From positions 98,704,001 through 98,768,000 of the forward strand of contig NC_043004.1 of NCBI RefSeq assembly GCF_006345805.1: a stretch of DNA of 64,000 bases. Direction: 5' to 3'. Numbering within the stretch: the stretch's first letter is position 1; each line of letters opens with the position of its first letter. Positions 40,896 to 54,419 of the stretch are shown piece after piece. Position numbers and translations under genes: made by a program. This stretch comes from Octopus sinensis. Lineage: Eukaryota. The notes beneath the pieces are model-generated. The model had not been told where the DNA came from, did not search any database, and saw only the letters and a program-made list of their open reading frames with translations.

Positions 40896-41291
40896 TCTTT
40901 ATATATAAAAGTGAGGTTGTGTGCTGTCTGTCTCCTACGATTTAGATTCCTAACTACTCCCACATTTTGTGGTGCAGTTTAACCAAAACTGGGTATCTTA
41001 TAGTCGTGATTCATATCAAGCCCTTCTGGGTATTAGCGCGCGTCTACGATGAGTCTACGATTTTAAAAAAGATTTACCATCAATTTTTCCCATTTTTAAT
41101 GCATTTTTGGCATATATAAGGGAAGTAACTCTCTGAAAATTTATTATTAAATCTCAGAATGTAAAAAGCTACAGTAACACCCCTCCTTTAAGGTTAGCCA
41201 TATTGAGATGGCTATTATACTTTACATCTCTAAAAATGCTTATATAGTTATTTCCCTTACAAACCCGATCAATGCCGGGCGATACTGCTAG
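40896..41291 (+). mobile_element. Non-autonomous Helitron, copy 3 (different interior)
   Basis: A|TC..CCCGATCAATGCCGGG..CTAG|T. Confidence 0.9.
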
Positions 41292-41687
41292 TATTATATA
41301 TTCTACTTGCACATTCTATCAGCTGTTAACTAACATTCACAATGATTTTGGCACTTCCCTTCTGGATTGCTCTTTTGTTTGTTCCATGCAAACAGGTAAT
41401 AACTAGGTTCTTTCACCCTTACTGTAACATACTTTTTCCCATCTTAGGGGTTGTAATTACTTTTGCAGCAACTATTTCGCTTGAATACTCGCTGAGAATT
41501 TGTCGTTTGCCCTTAGCTTTGGTCTTCCTTTCATATGTCACTGCTGTATCCTCAGTTGGAGCATTTTCTGCTTCCATCTCCACTCCACCAATCATTGCTT
41601 TTCTCTCTTCTTTCTTTAGTGCCAACCAGACATAATATTGGAGATCAAGTAACAAATCCATAACATCCATAACAAATCCATAACATA

Positions 41688-42095
41688 GGCGCAGGAGTGG
41701 CTGTGTGGTAAGTAGCTTGCTAACCAACCACATGGTTCCGGGTTCAGTCCCACTGCGTGGCATCTTGGGCAAGTGTCTTCTGCTATAGCCCCGGGCCGAC
41801 CAAAGCCTTGTGAGTGGATTTGGTAGACGGAAACTGAAAGAAGCCTGTCGTATATATGTATATATATGTATATATATATATATGTGTGTGTGTGTTTGTC
41901 CCCCTAGCATTGCTTGACAACCGATGCTGGTGTGTTTACGTCCCCATCACTTAGCGGTTCGGCAAAAGAGACCGATAGAATAAGTACTGGGCTTACAAAA
42001 AATAAGTCCCGGGGTCGATTTGCTCGACTAAAGGCGGTGCTCCAGCATGGCCGCAGTCAAATGGATGAAACAAGTAAAAGAGTAAAGAGAGAGTA
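41688..42095 (+). mobile_element. SINE family A, full length
   Basis: Close match to other family A copies. Confidence 0.9.
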
Positions 42096-42460
42096 TCCCA
42101 CTTTTACCGAAAGCATTGTATGCTACCATTCTTGTGCCTTACATAATTCCTTAATCCTTCCTCTTTTAAACTCTTCCATCTGTTTACTAACTCTATACTG
42201 CATAAACTATATTCCCCTTCCAAGGTAGTCTTTGTTGCCTTAATGGCTTTTCTTCCTGTTCCTTGTACTTCCTGTCCACCATACTTTACAGAGACCCATT
42301 AAATATTTGACCTGCAAAGTCTAACAGTATCATATGACAGTAGGCTTTTATGTATCACTCCTCCATCAGTATCAATAAAGGTAGCTACAGTTTTGCATTA
42401 ACCAGAGAGCAAATTACTTTCAAAGATATTTGCTAAAACACTTATCCGTTTTTCTCAGTC

Positions 42461-42833
42461 TTACTCTTTTACTCTTTTACTTGCTTCAGTTATGTGACTG
42501 TGGCCATGCTGGAGCACCACCTTTAGTCGAGCAAATAGACCCCAGTACTTATTCTGTCAGTCTCTTTAACTGAACTGCTAAGTTACAGGGACGTAAACAC
42601 ACCAGCATCGGTTGTTAGGCGATGTTGGGGGGACAAGCACAGACACACAAACACACGCATACACATATATACATATATACAACAGGCTTCTTTCAGTTTC
42701 CGTCTACCAAATCCACTCACAAGGCTTTGGTTGGCCCAGGGCTATAGTAGAAGACACTTGCCCAAGGTGCCATGCAGTGGGACTGAGCCTGGAACCATGT
42801 GGTTCATAAGCAAGCTACTTACTACACAGCCAC
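42461..42833 (-). mobile_element. SINE family A
   Basis: Inverted relative to 41688-42095. Confidence 0.85.
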
Positions 42834-42958
42834 ACACTTTCAGAAACCATAAGAACCCCATGTTCTGCATAATAGTGTAAACTGATGGTATACTAGATAT
42901 GATGGTATGTAAATAGTAATGTGTCATACATAATAGTGTAGTAGATAGTATAATTATT

Positions 42959-43130
42959 TACAAGGAATGCTGAAAAGTTCCTGGTTTTGAGTAAAAGAAA
43001 ATACAGGAGTATCAGTTAATTACGATTTTATTTAATATATTCCCCTCACAGATTCACACACTTATTGTAACGGTCCTTAAGTTTTTCTAAGCCCTGTAAA
43101 AGAACTCGGAAGGTTGAGCCTCCAACCAGG
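42959..43130 (-). mobile_element. mariner-derived MITE, truncated third copy
   Basis: One TIR plus interior homologous to 29293-29516. Confidence 0.7.
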
Positions 43131-43264
43131 GATGCTTCAGCAACTTCTCATATAGTATAATAATGTAGTGATGACTTATTAGATATGGTTGTGAGATAGT
43201 GATGTTATGTTATATATAACACTGCAGTGAAAGTTTAATATATATAGCATCGTAGTCAATGGCA

Positions 43265-43740
43265 TATTATATATGGTTATGTGGTATTGCTATATATAAC
43301 TGTGTAATTAATGGATATTATATATATATGGTAATATGGTATCGCTATATATAACTGTGTAATTAATGGATATCATATACGGTAATGTGGTATCGCTATA
43401 TATAACTGTGTAATTAATGGATATCATATACGGTAATGTGGTATCGCTATATATAACTGTGTAATTAATGGATATTATATATGGTAATGTGGTATCACTA
43501 TATATAACTGTTTAATTAATTGATATTATATATGGTAATGTGGTATCGCTATATATAACTGTGTAATTAATGGATATTATATATGGTAATGTGGTATCAC
43601 TATATATAACTGTGTAATTAATGGATATTAAATATGGTAATGTGGTATCGCTATATATAACTGTGTAATTAATTGATATTTTATACAGTAATGTGGTATC
43701 TCTCTATATATAACTGTGTAATTAATGGATATTATATATA
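43265..43740. repeat. 51-bp minisatellite, nine copies
   Basis: Unit ATATGGTAATGTGGTATCGCTATATATAACTGTGTAATTAATGGATATTAT. Confidence 0.95.
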
Positions 43741-44518
43741 CCTGTGTAGTATTGAGGCTGTACTGTCTTTTAGCCCCATGCTATACTTGTATATCCTGCT
43801 GAACATGCCTAGGATCAGAGAGATCCCAGCCATGCTCATCCCACACTATCTGATGTTTATAGGACTATGCTTTCTAATACCTTGTTTCTTTTTTCTTGAA
43901 AGATATTAGGATAGGATTTTAGATGGATTTGGGTATTTTTCTGTAGCTGGTTGACCAACCAACAAATACCATGTTTCCATTATTGCTCTTATTAGCTTTC
44001 ATGTTGATATTATCTCAACTGTTGTTACAACTGTTATCATGACATCACTTGAGTTCTCACTAATATCGTTGCTTTATTTTTGTGTTCTTCTTCTTCTTCT
44101 TATTGGACTTGCTATAACTTCAGCTGTTGTTGGCTTTTATTTCTTGTTCCACTGGAACTGATGTTCTTGTTGTTGTTGCAGCAGAATCAGTAATATTTAT
44201 CATTGTTGCAGTTGTCATTGTTAACTGCAGTTAGCATATTGTGAAAGCTATCCAAAGGAAGTTATGGCCTCCTTCTGTGTAATTTGCTGGTTTATCTGAT
44301 GCAAAGTGTCGATCAAATGTGTCGATTGCTCGGACAGAGTCATGATCTCAATGGCTATTCCACAGCGATCAAGCTGACAGTTATCAATGTCTCCTGTTTA
44401 GTGTCGTGACATCGATAATGGGGACAAAAAGATAGGCAATGAGCAGAAAGTGGGGAAATATAAACTCTTTGCTACCACTTCGTGCACACACATGCATATA
44501 TAACATATCACACACTCA

Positions 44519-44570
<52 letters not shown>

Positions 44571-44989
44571 TGAGTGTGTATGCCTTTTATGTTTTTCTGT
44601 CCATACACACATGCACAAATATATGTATGCACGTACACACAAGTAGACAAATACAGGTATCTGCATTTGAATACTCTACATGTCCAAACACACACAAACA
44701 TGTATACAAACATATAATAATATATATACCTGTATAGATATACATATATAACTATAACTATATATATATATATATATGTAGGTCCCGGGTTGATCCGGGG
44801 TTAACCACAGTAAGTAAGGTACTCAATACATAGCAGAGTAAAATTAATTTATTATATAGAAGGAGCTTCTACAGGACTAGTACTGTTTCATTCAAGAGAA
44901 ATCTTCAGGAAGCAAAGAAGATTTCCTGAAGATTTCTCTTGAATGAAACAGTACTAGTCCTGTAGAAGCTCCTTCTATATAATAAATTA

Positions 44990-45023
<34 letters not shown>

Positions 45024-45070
45024 ATATATATATATATATAAATATATATATATATACATAAATACATGCA

Positions 45071-45127
<57 letters not shown>

Positions 45128-45164
45128 GTGCATATAAATATGTATTATTTATGTACATTGTTTG

Positions 45165-45468
45165 TTACTGTTTGTTCCTTCTCGATCCACGCCTTGCTCA
45201 TAGGGCCGGTTACCTGGTTTCCTTGGCATATAGGTTCCCCATGTGGATGGGTCACTGGTCCATCAGAGGTGAGCTGGAAGATGCAGGGGGAAAGCATGAA
45301 AGAAAGTTGTGGCAAAAATATCAGCAGAAGTTCGCCATTGCCTTCTGCCGGAGCCGCGTGGAGCTTAGGTGTTTCACTCATAAACACACATATCACCCGG
45401 TTTGAAATTCAAACCCACAATCCCTTGACTGCAAACCTGCTGCTCTAACCACTAGGCCATGTGCCTCC
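45165..45468 (-). mobile_element. SINE family C, second copy
   Basis: Reverse-complement homologue of 11335-11635. Confidence 0.75.
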
Positions 45469-45594
45469 ACTATTTATCTACATATATGTACGTATATGCA
45501 TGTATGTATCTATATATATATATATACATATAAGTATTTATGTATGTAAATGTATATATGCATATGTGTGTGTGTGTGTGTGTATATATATGTG

Positions 45595-45626
<32 letters not shown>

Positions 45627-46061
45627 TACATATACATATGTATATACACACACACAGATATATATACATATACATACATATATATATTTATATATATATA
45701 TAAATATATATATATACACATATTATTCACATATATATACATATATACATTGATACATATAAAGTCGGTGCTCCAGTATAGACAGAGTGAAATTACTGAA
45801 ACAAGTAAAAGAATAGAAGAAAACACTTGTGAATCTTCATGTAAGACATCTAAACATCTAAACACAAGCACATAAAAATGCATATAGACACATTCATACA
45901 TAAGAAAATTATACATGCATATATGCATACATGTATTTATTTACATATTTATATATATATATATACATACACACACACACAGAGTATACAAAAAACATAC
46001 TCACAAACATAAAAGTACAATCACACAAATATATACTTATGCTTACAAACATACACAGAAT

Positions 46062-47226
46062 TTTCTTTTCTACTCTCGGCTCAGGGTCCAAAGTTTTGGG
46101 GGAGGTGGGGGACAGTAGATTATATTAACCCCAGTATGCAGCTGGTATTTAATTTATCGATCCCGAAAGAATGAAAGGCAAAGTCAACCTTGGAAGAATT
46201 TGAACTCAGAACGTAAAGACAGATGAAATACCTATTTCTTTACTACCCACAAGGGTCTAAACACAGAGGGGACAAACAAGGACAGACAAACGCATTAAGT
46301 TGGTTATATCGACCCCAGTGCATAACTGGTACTTATTTAATTGAATTCGAAAGGATGAAAGGCAAAGTCAACCTCAGAGGAATTTGAACACAGAACGTAA
46401 CGGCAGACGAAATACCGCTTAGCATTTCGCCAGGCATGCTAACGATTCTGCCAGCTTGCCACCTTAGGTACATCCAATAATCTTTTCTACTCTAGGTACA
46501 AGGCCCGAAACTTTTGGGGAGGTGGGGCCAGTCAAGTAGATCGACCCCAGTATGCAACTGGTACTTAATTTAATGACCATGAAAGAATAAAATGCAAAAT
46601 GGAGCACAGCGGAATTTGAACTCAGAACGTAGACAGATGAAATACCGCTAAGCATTTTGCCTGGCGTGCTGATGTTCTGCCAGCTCGCTGCCTTAGATAA
46701 ATCCAATAATCTTTCCTACTCTAGGCACAAATCCTGAAATTTTTTGGGAGGGGGTGGGCAGTAGATTAGTTTGACCTAGTAAGAAACAGGTACTTAATTC
46801 ATAGGGGAGATGGGGCTAGTCAATTAGATCGACCCCAGGCGGCGAGCTGGCAGAAACATTAGCACACTGGGCGAAATTCTTAGCGGTATTTGGTCTGCTG
46901 CTACGTTCTGAGTTCAAATTCCGCCGAGGTCGACTTTGCCTTTCATCCTTTCGGGGTCGATTAAATAAGTACCAGTTACTGGGGTCGATATAATCGACTT
47001 AATCCGTTTGTCTGTTCTTGTTTGTCCCCTCTGTGTTTAGCCCCCTGTGGGCAATAAAGAATTAATTTAGATCGACCCCAGTATGCAACTGGTACTTAAT
47101 TTAATGACCATGAAAGGATGAAAGGCAAAGTCAACTTCGGCGGAATTTGATCTCAGAATGCAAAGACAGACATAGCATCACTAAGCATTTCATCCAGCAT
47201 GCTAACGTTTCTGCCAGCTCGCCACC
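46062..47226 (-). mobile_element. Cluster of tandem and nested SINE B copies
   Basis: Several minus-strand bodies; a plus-strand copy at 46838-47060 with a 14-bp TSD TTAGATCGACCCCA. Confidence 0.85.
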
Positions 47227-47603
47227 ATCTTACACCACACTATATTACATAGGTGGAAGTTAGGTCTGATGCGTATATATAAACACATGTATTTCTTTAG
47301 TCACATGAAGAAAATATAGGAATAATAGAAGAGTGAGCTAAAATAAAAGATGGTAGCATGTTAAGAATTCTCAATGTGCCTCTTCTATCAGTCACTGCAG
47401 CAAAAACATAAACTGAATAAAAGCAGATTTTATTGGAATATATTTTTTGCATTGCACATGAAAAGCATATTTTCCTTACAGCTTCTTATTATTAAATTTT
47501 ATATCTGTGGGAATGTGCATGCATTTGTGTGTGCATGTGTTTATATAAACATAAAGATATATATATGTAGATGTGTATATGTATGAATATACATACATGC
47601 ATG

Positions 47604-47637
<34 letters not shown>

Positions 47638-48023
47638 TACATACATGCACATATATATATATATATATATATCATTGTTTGTATGTATTCTTATAAACAC
47701 AGGCATTTTTATATTTGCATACATGTATATATAAGTATATATATATATATATATATATATAGTATGTATATATATATAATATATATATAGAGAGAGATGC
47801 ACACATGCATGCACATGTAGACATATGCACACACAAATACATACATACATTTATAAACCTCTATGCTTATATATGCATATGCATAAGCATACACATACAT
47901 ATACATATATACATATACATATATATATATATATATATATACATATATATACACGCAGGTACTTGCACACACATACGTGCATAAATGCATCCATAGATGC
48001 ATGCATACCCATAGATATATATA

Positions 48024-48093
<70 letters not shown>

Positions 48094-48606
48094 TTAAAAC
48101 AATTTAAAAGAAAATTTCTTTCAGGTTTGCTCAGATTTTGTGTCTGATGTTGCGTTTGTTTTGTTCATTTCTGGGTTCTGTTTTTTTTATTGTTTATACA
48201 CATCCTGCTCCCCACCGACGTAGCTGCTTTATACTCCACATTTTCTCTGATAGAGAAAATATTCTGTGAAGTAAAACAAGATGATTCTATAAAATGCTTC
48301 AGGAGGTCTCTAGTGGTAGGTACCAGCCTTTGGCTGTTTACCAAAATCCCTAATCAATTTAACTAAATTGTGTGTGCTCAGGTTTCTTTCTTTTTACTTG
48401 TTGGTGTTTTTTTCTTTGTGTTTTGACTTTGCTATCTCTTTATTCTTGAAAATTTGTTTGTTCCATTGGTTTTATTTACTTATTTATTTATTTATTTATT
48501 TATTTATTAATATATTCATTCGTTTGTTCATTTATATCATTCTGTCAGCTTTGGTTCATCAGAAATGTTTGTCACAAACCTGATGAATGCATACATGCAT
48601 ACCTAC

Positions 48607-48646
<40 letters not shown>

Positions 48647-49527
48647 ACAGATAGATAGATAGATAAATAGATAGATAGAGAGAGAGATAGATACATATAT
48701 ATGGAAATATATGTCTGTGTGTATATATATATATATATATTTATGTATGTATATTAAAACCTTGGGTATACACCTGGTAGCATGCTTATTAAAGAACTTT
48801 CATTGTACATGCTTACCTGATGTCATCCTCAGTATTGATATAAATTCCACCGGATCAACCTCAGTGTTTTCCAAGTATATAACAAATGAGAGTAACAGAA
48901 GATGGAATTCACAAGATTGATTATTAATCACGACAATTGTTTCGACCCCCATCTTGCATTGGTTCCTCTCAGGTGAGTTACTATACAACTGGTAGTTTTT
49001 CATTCTTCAGAGCAGATGTGTCTTGTCAGTACCCTGCTCAATAAACTCGGTTTTTCTCGGTTCTGTTATAACGCATGTTGTTATTTGCTAGTAGCTGGTT
49101 GCCTGTAGGTGCTGTGGTTTGGAATAACATGAGATTGATGCTTTTTCCCCGCCACATATAGTTAATCAGAAATAAATCACAAAAGATAAAGTGAACCTCT
49201 ATGTTTGTGCTTATGTGAACATGCGTTTACTTATCAAAATAATCTTTTCTTTTTTTTATATATGTGTTTTATTTATGATTATTGACTATGTGCAAATTCA
49301 TTAACTTTTTTCTCTTTTACCCTTTTATATGTTGGAGCACCACCTTTAGTTGATGATATCAAGCCCAGGACTTATTCTTTGTAAGCCTAGTACTTATTCT
49401 ATCAGTCCCTTTTGCTGAACCGCTAGGTTATGGAGACGTAAAAACACCAACATCAGTTGTCAAGCGATGGTAGGGGAAGAATCACAGACACACATACATA
49501 TATACATATATACGATGAACTTCTTTC

Positions 49528-49797
49528 CTTATTTACATTGTTTACATTTGATGGATATTTGTCCTCACCTTGTTTGTTGTTAACAGAACGTTTCAGCTGA
49601 TATACCCTCCAGCCTTCATCAGGTGTCTTGGGGAAATTTTGAACCTGGGTTTATTTATGATTATTGACCTGATGAAAGCTGGAGGGTATATCAGCGGAAA
49701 AGTTGTGTTAACAACAAACAAGATGAAGACAAATATCCGTCAAATGTAAATAATGTAAATAATGTACATAATTCCTCATCCCTTAAATATAAAACTG
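49528..49797. mobile_element. Penelope-like inverted pLTR pair carrying two hammerhead folds
   Basis: Arms 49530-49623 and 49668-49761 are reverse complements; each has CTGATGA..GAAA. Confidence 0.7.
49582..49627 (-). ncRNA. Minimal hammerhead ribozyme fold with intact core
   Basis: GACAC / CUGAUGA / A-GGCUG..CAGCU / GAAA-CGU-U / CUGUU; one stem I mismatch next to the cleavage site. Confidence 0.65.
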
Positions 49798-50168
49798 AAC
49801 TCATTTCAGTTTCTGTCTACCAAATCCACTCACAAGGCTTTGGTTGGCCCGAGGCTATAGTAGAAGACACTTGCCCAAGGTGCCATGCAGTGGGACTGAA
49901 CCAGGAACCATGTGGTTGGGAAGCAATCTTCTTACCATACAGTCATGAAAAATATCTGTCCTGTGTCATTCCAAACTACAGAACTTGTAAACAATCAGCT
50001 ACAGGCAAATAAAACCATGAATTATAATAGATCCAAGTGAAACTGAGTTTATTGAGTAAGGTAGTTTTTGAAAAGTCATTTGTATGTATTACAGATATGG
50101 ATATACACATACATGTATTTATGTGTGTGTGTACATGTGTTTGTATATGATATATTTATATTTATATA

Positions 50169-50759
50169 TACGAATAAGAGGTTCAACGTTGGTCATATGT
50201 CAGCGTATGCATATAAAAGTTTTTTTTTCTTTGTAATAAAATAAAAAACTGTGGTCTCGGTGGAGAGGATGACAGATAAGGGAGGGTGGAAGTAGGGCTT
50301 GCAGGGGCCAGTGGAAGACTGGAGGGTGCATGTGCGGCGGAAAGCGGAAGCGGTCAAGCAGCACGCACGTGTGGTGATCAACGAAGCGGGCAGTTCGAGC
50401 TGAGACGAGGAAGCGACTGGACACGCCGAGTTTGGTGAGAGACCTGATCTTTGCCAAGGTAAGACCTGTTGTATTTCCTTCTCCTTCTGTTGTCCTCTTC
50501 ATCCGTGACCCTACAAAAACCAAGGCTGTGGAAATTTTAGAATATTTATAGATAGAAGGTTTTACAGCTGTTTCCAGGATATTTGTTATATCCCTTCATT
50601 GGAGACGGTATGAAAGAACGGTTAAGTAATAGTTAATTTAAATTAGATACAAAATAGAGAGTGAAGTGGAGGAGAGAAAATAGATGTGAGATGAGTACGG
50701 ATATTGTATTTGTAGATCCATTTTTTTTAATGACCAACGTTGAACCCCTTATTCACATA
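50169..50759. mobile_element. Non-autonomous Tc1/mariner-like element with ~26-bp TIRs
   Basis: GAATAAGAGGTTCAACGTTGGTCAT (50172-50196) vs ATGACCAACGTTGAACCCCTTATTC (50730-50754); TA flanks. Confidence 0.75.
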
Positions 50760-50845
50760 AGCACCAAATCTGGAACTTAACTATGGTCTATCTATAGTGC
50801 TTATTCAGCATTACCTGGCACCTTTGGGTCTCAACAACATCATTA

Positions 50846-50880
<35 letters not shown>

Positions 50881-51659
50881 TATATAGGTTATGAGAGGTA
50901 ATGGTATATTTTTTCAATGTGTACAAACACAAATATATATATATACATATGTATACAGCTCCATCACATGACTTTTAGAGGCCCCTTGCAACTTTTTGTT
51001 TCGAGGCCCTATTCCTTCAATCGAAATTTATAATCTATGCTCCATTTATTCATAGCTATGTTTTACTTTATTCTATCTGAAGTTCAATATTTCCTGTTAT
51101 CCTAAAGAACATCTTCAAAAGTACAAGCTAAATTTATTTAGCTCTATTACAAATTTCAATAAGTAAAACTTCCAGATATGAATAAAGGAGCACTTTTATA
51201 ATCCAGGCAACTTTCAAAGATGAACATGCTACACTTTTTGCTTTGCAAATTCATCACTCAGTTCAGAATAATTAAGCTGGGAGCTTAATAGGTATCATAG
51301 ACAATAGGTATCATATATGTGCAATAGGTATCATAGACATTCCACAAAGTCTGGTACGCATTCGCGGTACAATGTAATATTCTTACTAGAACTTTTGCAG
51401 GTACAATGTATTACCATTTTATTTCTTGAAATTTTCAGTTAACATAGATAGTTTAATTCTTGTTCAACATCATAACCAAAGTAAATAGATGACTCATCTA
51501 CGTATTTTGATCTTAATATTGGGCCCCCTCAACCGCAGAGATCCCCTGTGACCACAGGGGTTGCAGGGGCTTAGCAATGGCCCTGCATATGTATATATAC
51601 ATATATATTTGCTATCCTAAAAGAGGAGTTCCAGGAATGGTTCCATCAATGGAAATGAT

Positions 51660-51773
51660 GCTCGATAAAGTGTGTGGTTTCAGAAGACGACTACTTTGAA
51701 GAAGATTAAATGGTAAAATGATGTAGTTTTCTTTGTATAGCACCAATCCAGAAACATTTTGATCAAACCTCGT
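51660..51773 (+). mobile_element. mariner 3' end fragment
   Basis: KCVVSEDDYFEED*-like C-terminus followed by TIR-like CCAGAAACATTTTGATCAAACCTCGT. Confidence 0.55.
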
Positions 51774-52662
51774 GTGTCAGTGTGTGCATGTGATAGTGTG
51801 TGCTTATGTGCATGTGTGCGTACATGTGTGCCCCCTGTGTGTATGAGTGTGTGCACACGTGCCTGTGTGTGCACACATGCCTATGTGTGCACACATGCCT
51901 GTGTGTGCACACTTGCCTGTGTGCGAGCATGTGTGAATGTATCTGTGTGTGTGATTGTGTACATGTGTGTATTTGCGTATGCATGTATATATTCATACGT
52001 GTGTGTATCTATGTCAGTATAATATGCATATGTGTACACTGGGCAATGAAGGAGGAAGGATTTATAAATTGGCTTACAGTTGTGAATTCCTAAATACATT
52101 ACAAGTTTTATGGAATTGCGAAACTCATCCAAACATAAGAGAGAGAGACAGGTGCATTAGCGCACATACTTTCTCTCTCTCTCTCATAAACACACACATA
52201 CACAACAAAGTGCCCCACCACCACACATACACACACTAAAATACACACGTACATTCTCAAAAGCCTTTCCAAACATTACATTCACATTATAGCTAAGATA
52301 TGACTGACAATGCGCAGTGATCTTTAACCTGTCAGAGAACTGCGATGATTTCTGGACCATTCTGAAACTACAAGAACATATATTACTTGAAATGTCTTTG
52401 TCACATTCCAATATCAATAAACAACACAAACAAGTATAAAACCTAATGATGCAGCACTTGTATTGCCATAAGGCTCATGGTAGTAAGGCTTATCAATGAG
52501 CTCCATCTGCCTACAATAAAGTTTCTACAGGGTTGTTAATATTTAGCCCCAGCAGACCTGAGATCAAATGTATTCTAGCTGTGACCACCACATCTTTTCA
52601 TATAAATGGAACTGTGTTGTCTTATGTATATTGCTTAGGTTTAGCTATTAAATAAATAAATA

Positions 52663-52826
52663 GGCGCAGGAGTGGCTGTGTGGTAAGTAGCTTGCTAACC
52701 AGCCACATGGTTCCACGTTCAGTCCCACTGCGTGGCACCTTGGCGAGTGTCTTCTGCTATAACTCCGGGCCGACCAATGCCTTGTGAGTGGATTTGGTAG
52801 ACGGAAACTGAAAGAAGCCTGTCGTA

Positions 52827-52868
<42 letters not shown>

Positions 52869-53100
52869 AATATATATATATATGTATATGTGTGTGTTTG
52901 TGTGTCTGTGTTTGTCCCCCTAGCATTGCTTGATGACCGATGCTGGTGTGTTTACGTCCCTGTAACTTAGCGGTTCGGTAAAAAGACCAATAGAATAAGT
53001 ACTAGGCTTACAAAAAACAAGTCTCGACTAAAGGTAGTGCTCCAGCATGGCCGCAGTCAAATGACTGAAACAAGTAAATGAGTAAAAGAGAGAGAGAGAG
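52663..53100 (+). mobile_element. SINE family A, full length
   Basis: Head, body and tail. Confidence 0.9.
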
Positions 53101-54011
53101 TTACTACACTGTGTGACAAGATTCTTTCATTAAATGTTTAGAGACCCTATCATTGTGTCATAGATTTTTACGAAGCAGAATAAACTAAAGATAAACTATA
53201 TATTTCAGTTTGTTTAAAGAGAGACGATTCTCTATTTCATTTACAAAGATTTTCATAATCCACAATTTCAAAACTTTATTATAAATTTTAGTTAAGAGAA
53301 TGTAGTAGATTCGAAACCAAATTGCTAGATAGCCAAGTAGACATCACTACCAAATCACAGTAGTTTCACATGATCTGTTGATTAACTAAACAATCAGTGT
53401 CAAGGCATCAAGTGGCTCAACTTTCTAGAAGTTCCTCATTGAATCCTATATAGAGATGGTTTCTGGCTGTAACCTTAGAATGTTGGACCTACTGCTTGAC
53501 TTCCCCATTTTTACTTCATCATCAGCTGTTGCAGATAGAAGGCACAGATTTTGTTGTCATGAATATAACACAATTATTTTCCTGTTGTGATGGGTCAGTC
53601 ACAATTGCTATACTGGCTAAATTGTCAGAGATCCCAGTACTATGTCTCTTCCAAGTGTGTAATCATCACTGTTAGTTTTTGGCAAGAGACCAATACAGAA
53701 AACACTATTTTCAGTAATTAAAGCATCTGTTAATTGTTTGTGAGTGTTGTTAATTACTTCTATACACAGCCCTAGAAACGTATTTCCATTCACCAGCAGC
53801 TAAGAGGACAACCACGATAACCCACGACAAGGAAAATGTCCTGAAAAACTTAATTTTGTATTGAAACATTATACCGAATTAATAATGTGTAATATGAGGG
53901 ATAATGTTTTTGATATTTCTTGCAGGTTAAGAAATGATTGACCTGACTATGTTTTGTCCTATCCTGCCAAATACCATAATATTGTTTTAATTTCTTGTTT
54001 TAATTTCAATA

Positions 54012-54419
54012 GACGCAGGAGTGGCTGTGTGGTAAGTAGCTTGCTTACCAACCACATGGTTCCAGGTTCAGTCCCACTGCATGGCATCTTGGGCAAGTGT
54101 CTTCTGCTATAGCCCCGGGCCGACCAATGCCTTGTGAGTGGATTTGGTAGACGGAAACTGAAAGAAGCCTGTCGTATATATGTATATATATATGTATGTG
54201 CATGTATGTTTGTGTGTGTGTGTTTGTCCCCCTAACATTGCTTGAAAACCGATGCTGGTGTTTTTATGTCCCCGTCACTTAGCGGTTCGGCAAAAGAGAG
54301 CGATAGAATAAGTACTGGGCTTACAAAGAATAAGTCCCAGGGTCGAGTTGTTCGACTAAAGGCGGTGCTCCAGCATGGCCGCAGTCAAATGACTGAAACA
54401 AGTAAAAGAGTAAAAGAGT
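54012..54419 (+). mobile_element. SINE family A, full length
   Basis: Head, body and tail. Confidence 0.9.

Larger units (their letters stand above)
49331..49945 (-). mobile_element. SINE family A interrupted by a Penelope-like insert
   Basis: The SINE halves rejoin across 49528-49797. Confidence 0.8.

Noticed and set aside
48895-48980. CAG|GTGAGT donor preceded by MEFTRLIINHDNCFDPHLALVPL
   Set aside because: No polypyrimidine acceptor and no partner exon found
50950-51590. Possible MITE with GC-rich ends (also the hairpin at 35680-35710)
   Set aside because: The termini do not form convincing inverted repeats or a TSD
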